A stretch of DNA of 64,000 nt from Macrostomum lignano (taxonomy: Eukaryota): assembly GCA_002269645.1 (NCBI GenBank), contig NIVC01002390.1, forward strand, positions 1 to 64,000, written 5' to 3'. Each line of letters begins with the position of its first letter. Position 1 is the first letter of the stretch. Of the stretch, positions 1 through 12,240 are shown one piece after another. A program made the translations under genes and the position numbers. Under the pieces are notes generated by a model. That model saw nothing but the letters and a program-made list of their open reading frames with translations, was not told where the DNA came from and made no database searches.

Positions 1-261
1 TAGATATAGAAAATCCCAAAACCTACGGAGGGCAAAAATATTGCGTGACTTTAATCCCAATTTTCCCAGCAGCTCGGCCAATAAACACCGGATGTTCAAC
101 GTGTCGTCATGACAATCAAAAGCACTTTTAGTTCCGCTGAAGCTGTTAAGAATAGAACCGAGAATGCTTTGGAAAGCGCTTCTGCTAACAGAAATTTTTT
201 TAATTTGTTTACATGGTCATAACGAGTTTTTTCTCAGACTTTTCTGCTTCCCTGCTTTTGC

Positions 262-1007
<746 letters not shown>

Positions 1008-1092
1008 AACTAAGACAAGACTCAGACAGACACGCAAGAAAGCCATAAAGTTGTCAATCGCTCCTCGAACTCGCACTCCGCACCGACCGCAG

Positions 1093-1566
1093 GAGCGATT
1101 CCGCAGCATAGCCAAGTCCTACTTCCGGCGGGCGGACGTGTCATTCTAGTCTACGATTGCACCAGCGAGCGTTCGTTTTCTCAGCGTGCGCGACTGGGTG
1201 GAGTCGATCCGCGACAGCTGCGGTGGCGGCGAAGACTCCGGCGGCTCGGTGCCCATCATGATCGTGGCCAACAAGACGGACCTGCGCGAGGCTGCCAGAC
1301 TAAAATCCGGCTGCGCCCAGCGCGTCATCGAGACCGAGGAGGGCCGCCATCTTGCTGAGCTGTTCTCCGCTGCCATTTTCATTGAGGCGAGCGCGCGCAG
1401 CGGGAACAATGTCTGCAGCTCCGTGATCGGCCTCTGCCGCCTGCTGCAGCAGCGGGAGGACCTGGCCGTCAGCCGAGCCGCGGCGAACGCTGCGCTGGAG
1501 CTGCACGCCAGCGACGGGGACAGCAAGGCTGGAAAGAAATCCGGCCTGACAGCCTGCTGCGACTAA
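1093..1566 (+). CDS. RASEF: Last coding exon of a RASEF/Rab45-like Rab GTPase; upstream exons lie outside the window; two compensating 1-nt indels at ~1139 and ~1179
   Basis: After AG at 1091-1092 it reads [15 protein letters not shown](G)VILVYDCTSERSF-LSVRDWVESIRD...VPIMIVANKTDLR...FIEASARSGNNV...ACCD*. This has the Rab switch II, NKxD and SAK motifs and a C-terminal CC prenylation motif. It matches my recollection of RASEF ([24 protein letters not shown]...VPIMLVGNKAD...CCNG). Confidence 0.75.
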
Positions 1567-1819
1567 CTGACTGACTGACTGACTGACTGACTGACTGACT
1601 GACTGACTGACTGACTGACTGACTGACTGACTGACTGACTGACTGACTGACTGACTGACTGACTGACTGACTGACTGACTGACTGACTGACTGACTGACT
1701 GATTGACTGACTGACTGACTGACTGACTGACTGACTGACTGACTGACTGACTGACTGACTGACTGACTGACTGACTGACTGACTGACTGACTGACTGACT
1801 GACTGACTGACTGACTGAC
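1567..1819. repeat. (CTGA)n microsatellite starting at the RASEF-like stop codon
   Basis: gacTAActgactga... directly visible. Confidence 0.97.
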
Positions 1820-2564
1820 AGAATTGTATTTTTGCTACCTGAGTTGTACAGAACGGTCATACGTATTCAGTCAGAATATTTGTTGTAAATCGAATCGCTG
1901 CATTCGAATTGTGAAGACTTGCGCATCCCTGTAATCTCCGGTATTTGCACGCGACAATGATGCAGTATCCACCGTATTATTTTCCTAGTTATGCGCCTCT
2001 TACCTCATTATCCGTACTCAACTGACACCGTGTACTTTTACTTGCGAGTCAATCCGCTTATATTATAAGTCCCATGCCTTCGCTTGTCACCAGAACATCA
2101 TACTATTGCAATCCCCAGCAACCCTTGCTCAAGATCCGCCCCGCACCTGCTCAATTGAAATTAGTCGCTTCTAGTAGCTTTCTAAAGTCGCGTTTCTTGT
2201 AGCAACTTCATCGTCTCTTTACAGCTGTGTGCTCTGAGAAACCCAGCATTCCTACATCCTCTTCCCGGATCTCTGTTATGCCCCAGTGCTCTCGCTGCCA
2301 TTATCTTCACCCGTACTTGTTGAGCTGCGTATAGACTGAGCAACAGTGCAGAATTCAGACACTCCTCTCTACTAGTAGGGCTATACTCAATAGACCAGAG
2401 TACCCAGTCAGCCTCGTCGCAGCTCCGTGTTACCGTGTAGCACAGCTGTGACTGCATGCAGACAGATGCTGCTGTATATGGTAGAGTTATATATCCTTAC
2501 TGGCAAGAACGTTTGCAAGTGCCTGGTGTCTGTTAGGTTGATCCCCTCATACGCCGTCCCGCTA

Positions 2565-2820
2565 GTCCCCAAAGCGCGCCAACCCCCCAAGCACGCCAAC
2601 CCCTAAGCACGCCAACCCCCCCAAGCACGCAACAACCCCCCAAGCACGCCAACCCCCCCCCAAGCACGCCAACCCCCAAGCACGCCAACCCCCAAGCACG
2701 CCAACCCCAAGCACGCCAACCCCCCAAGCACGCCAACCCCCAAGCACGCCAACCCCCCAAGCACACCAACCCTACAAGCACGCACCAACCCCAAAAGCAC
2801 GCCAACCACCCCCTCCAAGC
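2565..2820. repeat. C-rich minisatellite, ~17-nt unit ccccaagcacgccaac
   Basis: Tandem copies visible. Confidence 0.9.
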
Positions 2821-3504
2821 ATAAAAAATGTATTGTCTCAATGCGATTGTTTCCTTCTAAACTTTAACCATTATTGAACAGATGAATTCTTTGCTCATCA
2901 AAGAATTTACTCTGCTGGAAATTTAGGAGTGAAAAGTAGGCCAGACTGCAACCTGACAGTAGTAGTTTTTTTTCCAAACAGAACTGCAGCTGCCGAGGAA
3001 ACAGGAAGTGTAGCGTGCTTAGCGCTTCGATGTAGCGAGTGCTGAGCTGAATTCATTTCCGCCTCAAAAAAATCGATTCAATAGACTGTTGCCTTGGCGC
3101 ATGCGGCCTCACATAGACTGATTATGCAGCTTTCTGTTCTGCAGCCTGACAATACCCTGTCACAACTGACTTTGCATTATTATTCAAACTAATTTTTATA
3201 TACAAGGTGTTGGGCATGGTGTCTGAGTTCCCCTAGCATAGGACGGCTTTCTGTGTTCGTCAGATATTGTTTGCATTTTGTCCCTTAACTGTTGAGAATA
3301 GAGAAAACCTTATACGGAGTAGTAATAGATTCTTCCCATTTTCATTTGTCAACAACGCAAGTAAGACTGGTATAATGCATAGTAAACAATGATTTTTCCG
3401 GTTCTGCGAATAACAGATTATTCTTTAAATGGTCTCAGATTTGGAACTGTGCTTCCTGACTCGCTGTGTTCTCAGATTATTTATTTGAGATAATGAACTT
3501 CTCA

Positions 3505-3915
3505 GCCCTCCGAGTCTCCCCCTCCCAAGTCTCCCCCTCCGAGTCTCCCCCTCCGAGTCTCCCCCTCCGAGTCTCCCCCTCCGAGTCTGCCCCTCCAAGT
3601 CTCCCCCTCCGAGTCTCCCCCTCCGAGTCTGCCCCTCCGAGTCTGCCCCTCCGAGTCTCCCCTTCGAGTCTGCCCCCTCTGAGTCTCCCCCTCCGAGTCT
3701 CCTCCTCCAAGTCTGCCCCTCCGAGTCTCCCCTTCCGAGTCTCCCCCTTCGAGTCTCCCCCTTCGAGTCTCCCCCTTCGAGTCTCCCCCTCCGAGTCTCC
3801 CCCTCCGAGTCTCCCCGTCCAAGTCTGGCCCCTCCGAGTCTGCCCCTACGAGTCTCCCCCTCCGAGTCTCCCCCTCCGAGTTTCCCCTCCGAGTCTCCCC
3901 CTCCAAGTCTCCCCC
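3505..3915. repeat. Minisatellite, ~14-nt unit ccccctccgagtct
   Basis: Tandem copies visible. Confidence 0.92.
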
Positions 3916-4365
3916 GGAGCCTGCAACTTCGAGCCTTCGGCCTCAGAAGGTTCGCTCTGTTTACAGTGCTGACTCAGTGCAGTTCACAGAACATTTTTTA
4001 TTCAAACCAACCGTCTGTCTGACTCCAACTCTCTCTGCTTCGTCCGTTTCGATCCAAGAGTACACGTCCACTGTTTCGCCCTGTCTTCCTTCCCTTCTGG
4101 CCTCCCTCCCGCTGTCCGGGGGATCAGTCTCCCAGACTCCACTTTTTCCCAAAAAAACTGAGGAACCGCTCGTGACTGCGCAAACATTTGCTTTGCTCAG
4201 AGGAAAAAAAGAGAAAAGAAGAAAAATCGAGAGGGGGAACGGCTTTCGGCGCTTGCCGTCGGGCTGCTTGGGATGCACCGCGAACCAATGACTGATCACT
4301 GAGACAAAAGAGTACCACTCTAGAGCTCTTGACTGCTGCTGAAACTGAAGGAAGCCGGCTGATCG

Positions 4366-4371
4366 GAGAGA

Positions 4372-4408
<37 letters not shown>
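4366..4408. repeat. (GA)n microsatellite
   Basis: Directly visible. Confidence 0.95.
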
Positions 4409-4409
<1 letters not shown>

Positions 4410-4937
4410 AGAAGAGGCGCTCAGAGAATGCCGGAAGTGCTCCATATTTCCTTGAAACCCGGCAGTTCTCACCGACTATAACCCAAGCAGATCGGCTGTG
4501 GGCAGCGGCTCCGCAGTTCAGAGTCCGCAATTGTGATAAATGAACTCCGAGCGACTCCACTTTCTGGCGATTCGGAATATAAAAAAGACCAGAAGGAACG
4601 ACCGGCTTTCTGTCCATTTCCATTTTCCCTTTCCAGCCTGACTCAGGCGCCAAGGCAGGGAGAAGAGGCTGCCGGAGTCTGGGGAGATTCCTCAGGCCTT
4701 CACAGGATTTGCTAGCCAGATTTTGGGACAGAAGTTGTGTTTCCCCACTCAAATTCTTCCCACTTTCTCTCACTCGCTGGCCTGGCGACACCTTTAAATT
4801 GCTTGGCAACTCCCCGTCCCCACATGCCGGCAGTTGGCAGGCGAGTTCATCTCAACTCCGCTGGCTTCGGCAGATCTCGGCAGTCGCAGCAGCAAAAGCA
4901 GACAAAGGCAGACAAAAGCAGAGAAGGAGGAGGCGCA

Positions 4938-7751
4938 ATGTCGCTAGCAGACTACATCGGACACCGGCGCGACGCCCAGAAAAAGGTATGCCAGGATGCG
5001 CATTCGTACCTGCTTGCTTGGAGGGATCCTATAAAAGCATCTAGATCGATCAAATTTGTCCTGTTTCTAAGAAAATATACAAAATATGTTTTTTAACTAT
5101 GAAACTATAAGAATATTCATTCTAAATACAAACTAGAGTCTCAATGCTTACAAATTCGGTTACCTTATTTTGTCGTAAAGTACAGCAAGCTATAAAGACA
5201 GACAACTGTCAAGAGGTGACAGCTAAGCCCCCCTAGGCCGTTCTGCTGTTATCTGATTAAATTTATTGAGTCCTCGCATACGTAGGCGTGCTGAAACAGA
5301 GACAAGGCGAGCACTTGGATTTGATTAAATCTGATTTTCGCGAGTGTACATTAGTCAATGCGTGTGACAATCGTGTGGATTGCAATTTTATGTCGATGCA
5401 ATGTTTTTGCAATTTTCCTGCTTTAAAATTGATCGAATCGATTAGAATCTTACGCTTCTTTTCCGCTGAAGTCCTGAAGAAGGCGAGGGCATATTTTTTT
5501 CCACCTTTTTAGGATAAATTATATAAATACTCGCCATCCTGTCACCCCCTGTGATAACAGGTTTTTAAGCTTCATCTGCAGACGGATTTAATGGCTTTTG
5601 CATTAATGCTAAAATCATTAGACGTTTTTTATCACTTGTGCCTCCGTTTCACGGGTACAAGTATTATACAAGAGGGGCTGCACATTAAGGTTTTTAACAG
5701 GCATTTGGTTTCTGTTTTTTTCATTTTAGGCGTTGCTAAAATATCTGAAAAAGCACTGCCGAAAGCCTCCGCTTAAGCTGGTTTTGTGTAACACTTTTTT
5801 TCAACGCCTATGGTCTACCCCAGCCCCATCCCACTCTGGCTAAAGCATAGTGTACGTCGTAGTTCTTCAACTCCAACCTTTTTAGCCCCAACCCACTCTG
5901 GTTAAAGTAGTGTATACAGTTCTTCAACTCCTACCCCTCTAGCCCCACCACTCTGGCTAAAGCATAGTGTACAGTTCTTCAATCCGTACCCCTCTAGCCC
6001 CACCCACTCTGGCTAAAGCATTAGTGTACAGTTCTTCAATCCTACCCCTCTAGCCCCACCCCACTCTGGTTAAAGCATAGTGTACAGTTCTTCAATTCTT
6101 ACCCCTAGCCGCACCCCACTCTGGCTAAATTATTATGTACAGTTCTTCAATTCCTACTCTCTAGCTCCACCCCACTCTGGCTAAAGCATAGTGTACAGTT
6201 CTTCATCTCCTTACCCCTCTAATCAGGTGTGGTGGGGATTGAAGGTTTTAAATTGAACAACTGTATACTCATGCTGTGGCCATAATGGGACAAGAGGGGT
6301 GAATTATGAGTGTGCATTTCCTCGACACTACTTTCTTGACATCGGGCATGTAACTGGGCCCTTTCATCCAACACAATGCATTCACGCAGGCCGAGGAAGA
6401 CTTCAAGCGGACCAATCCAACTGTGAAGAAGATGCGCCTTCGCGGCAACTGGGTGGTGCCAGAAGGCTACGCCGCCAACCAGACACCAACAACGCAGCCG
6501 CGACTCCAGCGACAGCAGACGACTGTGTCGACAAGGACGGCGGCAATAGCTGAGACAGTTCAATCGGAGTCAAGACAGCTACAGCAACAGAAGTCGACCG
6601 CGGAGCAGAAGGGGCAGACAAATTCACCAGCTAAAAGTAACAGTAAAACCATTCAAGTTCAGGAGGAGCAGAAGCTGAATCTGTCAAACAATCGAAATGC
6701 CGATACGAAAGCAACAGCAGCGACTGCAGTGGCTACCAGCAAAACGAATGAGCAGGTAGCAAGCACAACGGTGTCACAAAAGCAGTCCGAGCAGATGAAG
6801 GCCGCTGCTAAAGCTGTATCGGTCGAAGAAAAAGTCAACAAAAGCAGCAGTAGCGACTCGAGAAGAACGGATAGAAAAGCTACCGAGGAAAGGCAGGAGT
6901 CGAGCAAGGCGTCTAAGACTAGCGCTGCCGTTGTTGCTGCAGTCGCCACCAAGTCTGAGATCAGAGAAGCTGAGAATGGCAATTCTAATAAGGCGACAAC
7001 CTCTGCTCAAAAGAGTAATTCAGTTGAAAAGCTATCTTCAGCTGAAAAATTCGTCAGCTCGGTCAAGAAGAGCGAAGTGCAGAAGAACACGGACTCAAGC
7101 AGCAGTACTAAGGATACTAAAATTGAAAATCACAAGACTGCAATTGCAGTTGCTGCTGAAAGAGCATCTAACAATGAGAGCAGAAAAGTATCTAGCAAGC
7201 AATTCCAAAATAAGAGTCACACGAGCGACTCCAAAACCGTAGGGAAGGTTGAGAAACAGTCCACGGAGAGGGCTGAAGACGTCAAGAAAACAAAGAGTAG
7301 TAAACGCGAGTCAACCAATCACCTGGACAGCACAGTCACAGCAGCTGTCAGCAGTCACAGCAGCAAAGATTCAGTTGACAATTCTGTCAGCAACAAGGCG
7401 AGCACCCAGGAGAAAGCAACGACAAGCAAACAGTCATCGAAGGTGGACGAGCTCAGCGTAAGTCACGAGGCAGTGGCCACGGCGACAAAGCAATCTAAAT
7501 CTGTCCAGGAGAGTGAGACCAAGCATCTCGGACCCCTGATTGAGATGTTGGATTCCAATGTGGAGAAGCAGTTGAGCAGCCTGCTCGACGGCTCCAGCGA
7601 AGGCGACTCGGATCCCAAATACGAGGCCACGATGAAGAAGATTCTGGACCAGGGATTTCAAAACGAAGTGGATGCTTTCTTAACCAGCACTGGCTACGAG
7701 TCGGGTGGGAAGTTTTTTGAATCGTGCAAAGAACTTGCCAAGGAACTTTGA
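4938..7751 (+). CDS. Uncharacterised two-exon protein (~469 aa) with a long S/K/T/A/Q low-complexity middle
   Basis: Exon 4938-4985 (MSLADYIGHRRDAQKK, donor GTATGC) joins in phase 0 to exon 6390-7751 (after ttcacgcAG; AEEDFKRTNPTVKKMRLRGNWVVPEGY...KELAKEL*). The second exon is a non-repeat ORF of more than 440 codons. Confidence 0.7.
5815..6220. repeat. Intronic minisatellite, ~55-60-nt unit (ccactctggctaaagcatagtgtacagttcttc...)
   Basis: About 7 diverged tandem copies visible. Confidence 0.9.
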
Positions 7752-8108
7752 GCTCGCGTCACGCGCCTGCCGGTGAAAAACAACAACATTAAGCCTACGG
7801 GGTTATTCCGTGTGGTCCTTTTTTACATTATTATATATATATTTCTATATACATTACCAAAAATAATTACCTAAGCCTCGCAGCTTTGCTTTCAAACCTT
7901 AAATTGTCTCTGAATTTTCTGATCCTATGTATAATTTTGCCTGCTTTGTAACAATATTGACAATATTTTTCTTAAATAATCTTCCTCAAACAGTTCGGAG
8001 TCTCTTTCAGTTCGTCTGAATATACGAGTAAAATATCCTCGTACACCTCTGGCTGTGGGACTGTCTCAAAAAAGCTAGCCTTCACAATTTTTAATTTTTG
8101 AGGCTGTG

Positions 8109-11100
8109 TGCTTGACTTACTTGACTTACAGCAGGGCTGTCCCGGGGGGGGGAAGGCGCGAACGCCCATCCCGCTAATCCCTGAACGGCCGACGCGTCGC
8201 AAAGGACGAAGGGTTGGCGCCGCCCAGGGAGGTCCCCAGAGTCGCCAGCAGCTATAGTGCTCTCTGGAAAGGAGAGTTCAGCCCTGCGGGTGGCCCGGAG
8301 GTAGCGCATGAGCTGATTAAAGTTTTCGGGTTTGCACGCTTCAGTAATAGATGTGTGTGGCCCGAGGTAAGTGAGTCTGGCTCGCGTAAAGGCGGGACAG
8401 ATGCTGACGAAATGCTCAGCGGTTTCGTCACCTGAGTTACAGAAACTGCAGATGGCGTTGGTCGCGTTGCCCTGCAGGTACTGGTGCCTAGAGAAGCAGT
8501 CGTGACCTGAGAGGGTCATGGTGGCAGCCCGGATGTCTCTGCGCGAGAGGCGCAAGAGGAGCTTTCGGAGCTGGTGAGAGGGCTGAGGGACAGCGCCTCT
8601 AGATTGTCTGCAGGTAGTGCAGTTCGCTTTAGTCGAGCGGTGCTGGGTCCTAATCCACGCTTTGATGCGCGAGTCGATGACAGGAATCGGGACAAAGGGT
8701 TTGGGACCGAGAGAGGAGCCGGAGGCACCAACTTTTGCAAGGGCGTCAGCCAATTAATTTCCTCGGATCCCCATATGCCCCAGAACCCACTTAAGGGTGA
8801 TTTTGTTGGTGGAGCCCAACATGTTGAGGAGTTTGATACAGTCGAGGACTGTAGCAGAATTGGTACTACAGCCACTGATGGCGTGCAAGGCAGCTTGGCT
8901 GTCCGAATGGAAAATGATATTCTTGCCGGTTACGCCAGTGGCGAGAAGCTGATGGCGAGAACTTCATTTTGGAAGACACTGGAGTTGACCCTAGTGTACT
9001 GAGCGTGGGTTGCGATGACCCTCCCGTTCAGGAAGATTCCAACACCAAAACCGGTGTTGGCTGACTGCTTAGAACCGTCGGTGTAGCAATGAAGCTCACC
9101 AGGGTTCCAGTGGTCATTGATGGTATCGCGCGAGTCGATAGCTACGGAGTAGCGTTGTCTCAGGTTGAGCGTTGAGGCAATGCCATCGGTGAAGACGCGA
9201 TTGGCCTGACATTCGTTGAGAATGTTGAGGCACAGGTCGCTATGCGGGACAAGGTTCCGCTTAGCAGGTGCCCTCATGTAAAGGAATTTGACACCGGCGT
9301 CAAGTAAACGCCGCGTCGTTCTAGCCGCCTCACCCCTGACGAAGAGGTCGAGAGGCGGTAGATTAAGGAAGGCCCCCATGCCGGCAAAGGGTGTGGACCT
9401 GGTGGCGTTGCAGATAAGCCTACACGCTCTGCCCTGGATCGTGTTGAGCAAATCTGCATAGCTTTTGACCTGGGTAGCGCTAACCCAGACAACCGAGGCG
9501 TACGTAATGGCAGGTCTAACTACGGAAGTGTAGATCCACCAAAGCCGCTTTGGGGATAGACCCCAAGAAGTGCCAAGTGCTCGTCGGAGCTGGGCCAGGA
9601 TGGCTGAGGCACGCTTGGCTTTTGCTTTCACGTGAAAGGACCAGTTGAGCCGGTGGTCAAGTATGACCCTGAGACATCTGGTCTGGTGCGCGAAAGCAAT
9701 ATCTCTGCCGTAAAACTGCAGAGGTCGTATGTTCCAGCGTATTCTGCTGGTGAACATAATGGCAACAGTTTTGGGCTCAGGGAGTTCCAGACGGTTGTCA
9801 TTGGCCTAGGATTCTGCTTTGCGGATAAAGCTCTGCATCAGATCCCTGAGCGTGCTGGGGGATGGCCCTGCCACAATGGCCGTGACGTGTCGTCAGCATA
9901 CCCGACTTTGAAGACGGGATCAGGTCGGGAGTCGCCCAGAAGAGCGTCCATGACCAGGTTCCAGAGCGTCGGGGTGAGGACTCCCCCTTGGGGTCCACCC
10001 TTACAGACTCTGGCGGAGGCAGTTTGCCCAAGAAGTTGGGCAGTGACCGTACGGTTAGAGATCATGTACATGATCCACCGTATGAGGGTAGCGTGAGCTT
10101 TGCGGTTTTGAAGGGCCCTCTGAAACGCTTCAAAGATAACGTTGTCGAAGGCGCCAACAATGTCGAGAAAAAGAGCCAGGGCGTAACCGTCACCCAGTAC
10201 CGCCCGTTCAATCTTCTCGACTATCGCATGCAGGGCGCTGTCAGTCGACCTCCCGGTACAGAAGGCGTGCTGATTATTGCTGAGGGGCATTGCTGTCAGC
10301 TCGCAAGAAAGCAGCCGCCAGAGAATAAGCCTCTCAGTGAGCTTAAGCATTGCTGACGTTAAGCTAATTGGCCTAAAGGCCTTGACGCTCTGGTAGTCAC
10401 CCTTCCCAGGTTTGGGAATGAAGACTACTCGAGCTTCGGTCCAGCACTTGGGAACGTATCCCAGCTGGATAGAGGCCCGCATGAGATTGCGGGTAAGTCT
10501 CAAGAACGAGGGTATCTTGGCTGCTTCACGAAGAAGAACAGGGTAGATACCATCAGGTCCAGGAGATTTGAAGGGCTTGAAGGTTCTGACCGCATGAGCG
10601 ATTAAATCTTCAGTGATAATGCCCGCCGCTAGGATGGCTCCATCCATCGAATGGTAGGGTTCCGATCTAGCAGTGGGTACCCTCGGGAAGAATGTGTTGA
10701 GCATATGCTGAAGCACTTCTTCAGGGTCTTTAGTAAGAGAGCCATCATCTTTTCTGATCATGGCTAATTTGGACATTTTGTCCATTGTAAGGGCCTTGAC
10801 AAGCCTAGAAGTAGGTCTGTCTTGATCCAACTCATTGCAGAATTGGCGCCATTTACATTCCTTGGCCTTGCGCACTTCAGATTTGAAGTTGCGGGAGGCT
10901 TGTCGGAAAAGCTCCATGTCCTCCGGGTTTCCGGTCTTCATGGCACGGCGCTGAAGGCTTTTGGCCTTCCGCCTGAGTTTCCCCAGCTCCGGGTTCCACT
11001 ACGGCGCCGAGGTCTTGCCTTTGTAGGCACGGACAGGGCGGGCCGCTTCATAGGCTGCAATAATGCAACCTGTCAGCGTCTCAGCCGCATGGTCCACATC

Positions 11101-11576
11101 CTCGCAGGTCTCAATCGAACGTAAGTCCAAGAGTTCCTGCAGGTGCAGATCAAGGGTAGCCTTATAGGCTGCCCAATCAGTGTTGCGGATGTTACGCCTC
11201 CAAGTGATCGAGGACTGGTGTTTAGTGTCCGCGATGTTAAAGGCGATAAAGCAGTGGTCAGACAGGGAGGGCACCTCAGACCAGACTCTCCACTCCTCAA
11301 CTCTGTCAGAGTCTTGGGGTAACGAGTGTGGTATCGAGGACCTCAGTTCATCTGCCATTGTTAAAGGTAGGAGTGCTACCGCGGTTGCAGAGCATAAGAT
11401 TTGTATTAGAGATAAGGGCCAGAAGCTCCTCCCCTCTAGTATTGGTGTCTTTGCTGCCCCAGTGCTTATGGTGTGCGTTGAGGTCGCCCCCTAAGCACAG
11501 CTCAGCGTTCTGGGACTCGCAGTACTGCGCAAGGTGCAGTAGACTCTCAGGTGCAGCGAGTGTACAGCGGCCCTAA
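8109..11576 (-). mobile_element. 5'-truncated, inactivated non-LTR retrotransposon with APE, RT, RNase H and C-terminal CCHC domains (I/LOA/R1 group, most LOA-like)
   Basis: APE motifs GDLNAHH..WGS..TN.RG and SDH; RT motifs KSPGPDGIYP, FRPISLTS, FLDIVGAFDN, PQGGVLTP.LW, GYADD; RNase H motifs YTDGSK, HSDSQAAL, W.LGH.GI.GN..AD; CSFC..DETAEHFVSIC; 3' tail (taagtcaag)2 near 8110-8129. Nonsense codons at 10999-11001, 9806-9808 and 8754-8756; 2-nt insertion at 9887-9888; frameshift near 8950. Confidence 0.93.
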
Positions 11577-11596
11577 CTTTATTTATCATTATAGGC

Positions 11597-11670
11597 ATGT
11601 ACACTTCACTGTGCCTTGGCGGTTGGCCCTCAAGGGCGTTAAGACCACTGGGCTACGTGCCTGAGCCTTC
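11597..11670 (-). mobile_element. Internally deleted remnant of the tRNA-derived SINE family seen at 48016-48316
   Basis: Minus strand gtagcccagtggtc + ttaacgcccttgagggccaacc...ggcacagtgaagtgtacatg aligns to the head and a body block of the 48-kb copy. Confidence 0.6.
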
Positions 11671-12049
11671 ACAACATCCTGACTAGCTGACAAAAGAAAA
11701 CCGAAAAACCAGCAAATGCGTACACAGAACACTATGCGTTTCTATACTTGTGGTAGATTGTTTCGGATATAGCTGAGACATTTAATGGTATACTGTACAT
11801 GTATATGTGTATACTCGACGTGTATACGAGATTATTAATTGTCATTGTCACTATGATAAAATCAATCGATCCCAATTCAGTACTAATTAATAACAGTACA
11901 ATTACACAAATTCATAAACAAATTCATAAATTAAGAAACAGCCTAGGTATGTAATTAGTTTATAAGCATGTATAATATGTGCGTATATATACTTATGGAC
12001 AGGTCAGTTTTTGTAGTCCGTTATGATGTGAATGATGTATGTATATGAA

Positions 12050-12240
12050 CAGTAGCGCAACCAGAAATTTTTCAAGGGGGGGGGGCGGATTCTGAGGGTA
12101 AAGTCCCGGGAGGGGGGGCGGCGGAGGGGTGGCTCTGTTTTTGGCGAAAATTCGCTTGGTCCCCCCTTTGATTTTTTTCGGTCCCCCGCCTAAGGGGGGG
12201 GGGCGACCGCCCCCCCCTGCCCCCCCTGGTTGCGCCACTG
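12050..12240. mobile_element. 191-bp hAT-like MITE
   Basis: TIRs cagtagcgcaaccag / ctggttgcgccactg (1 mismatch in 15); perfect 8-bp TSD tatatgaa at 12042-12049 and 12241-12248; G/C-tract interior. Confidence 0.9.

Noticed and set aside
2182-2457. 91-aa minus-strand ORF
   Set aside because: No motif, start context or splice support; it could be a transposon relic but I cannot support that.
3961-4809. 282-aa minus-strand ORF
   Set aside because: Reads through a (CT)n tract, has no recognisable domain, and lies in the probable promoter/5' region of the plus-strand gene.
5212-5550. Possible MITE bounded by ggtgacag / ctgtcacc
   Set aside because: Only about 8-9 bp of inverted match and no TSD; compatible with chance.
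9806-11001. APOBEC3G-like hypermutation (two TGG-to-TAG changes in the LINE)
   Set aside because: Only two events, no consensus for comparison, and APOBEC3 is not known in this group.
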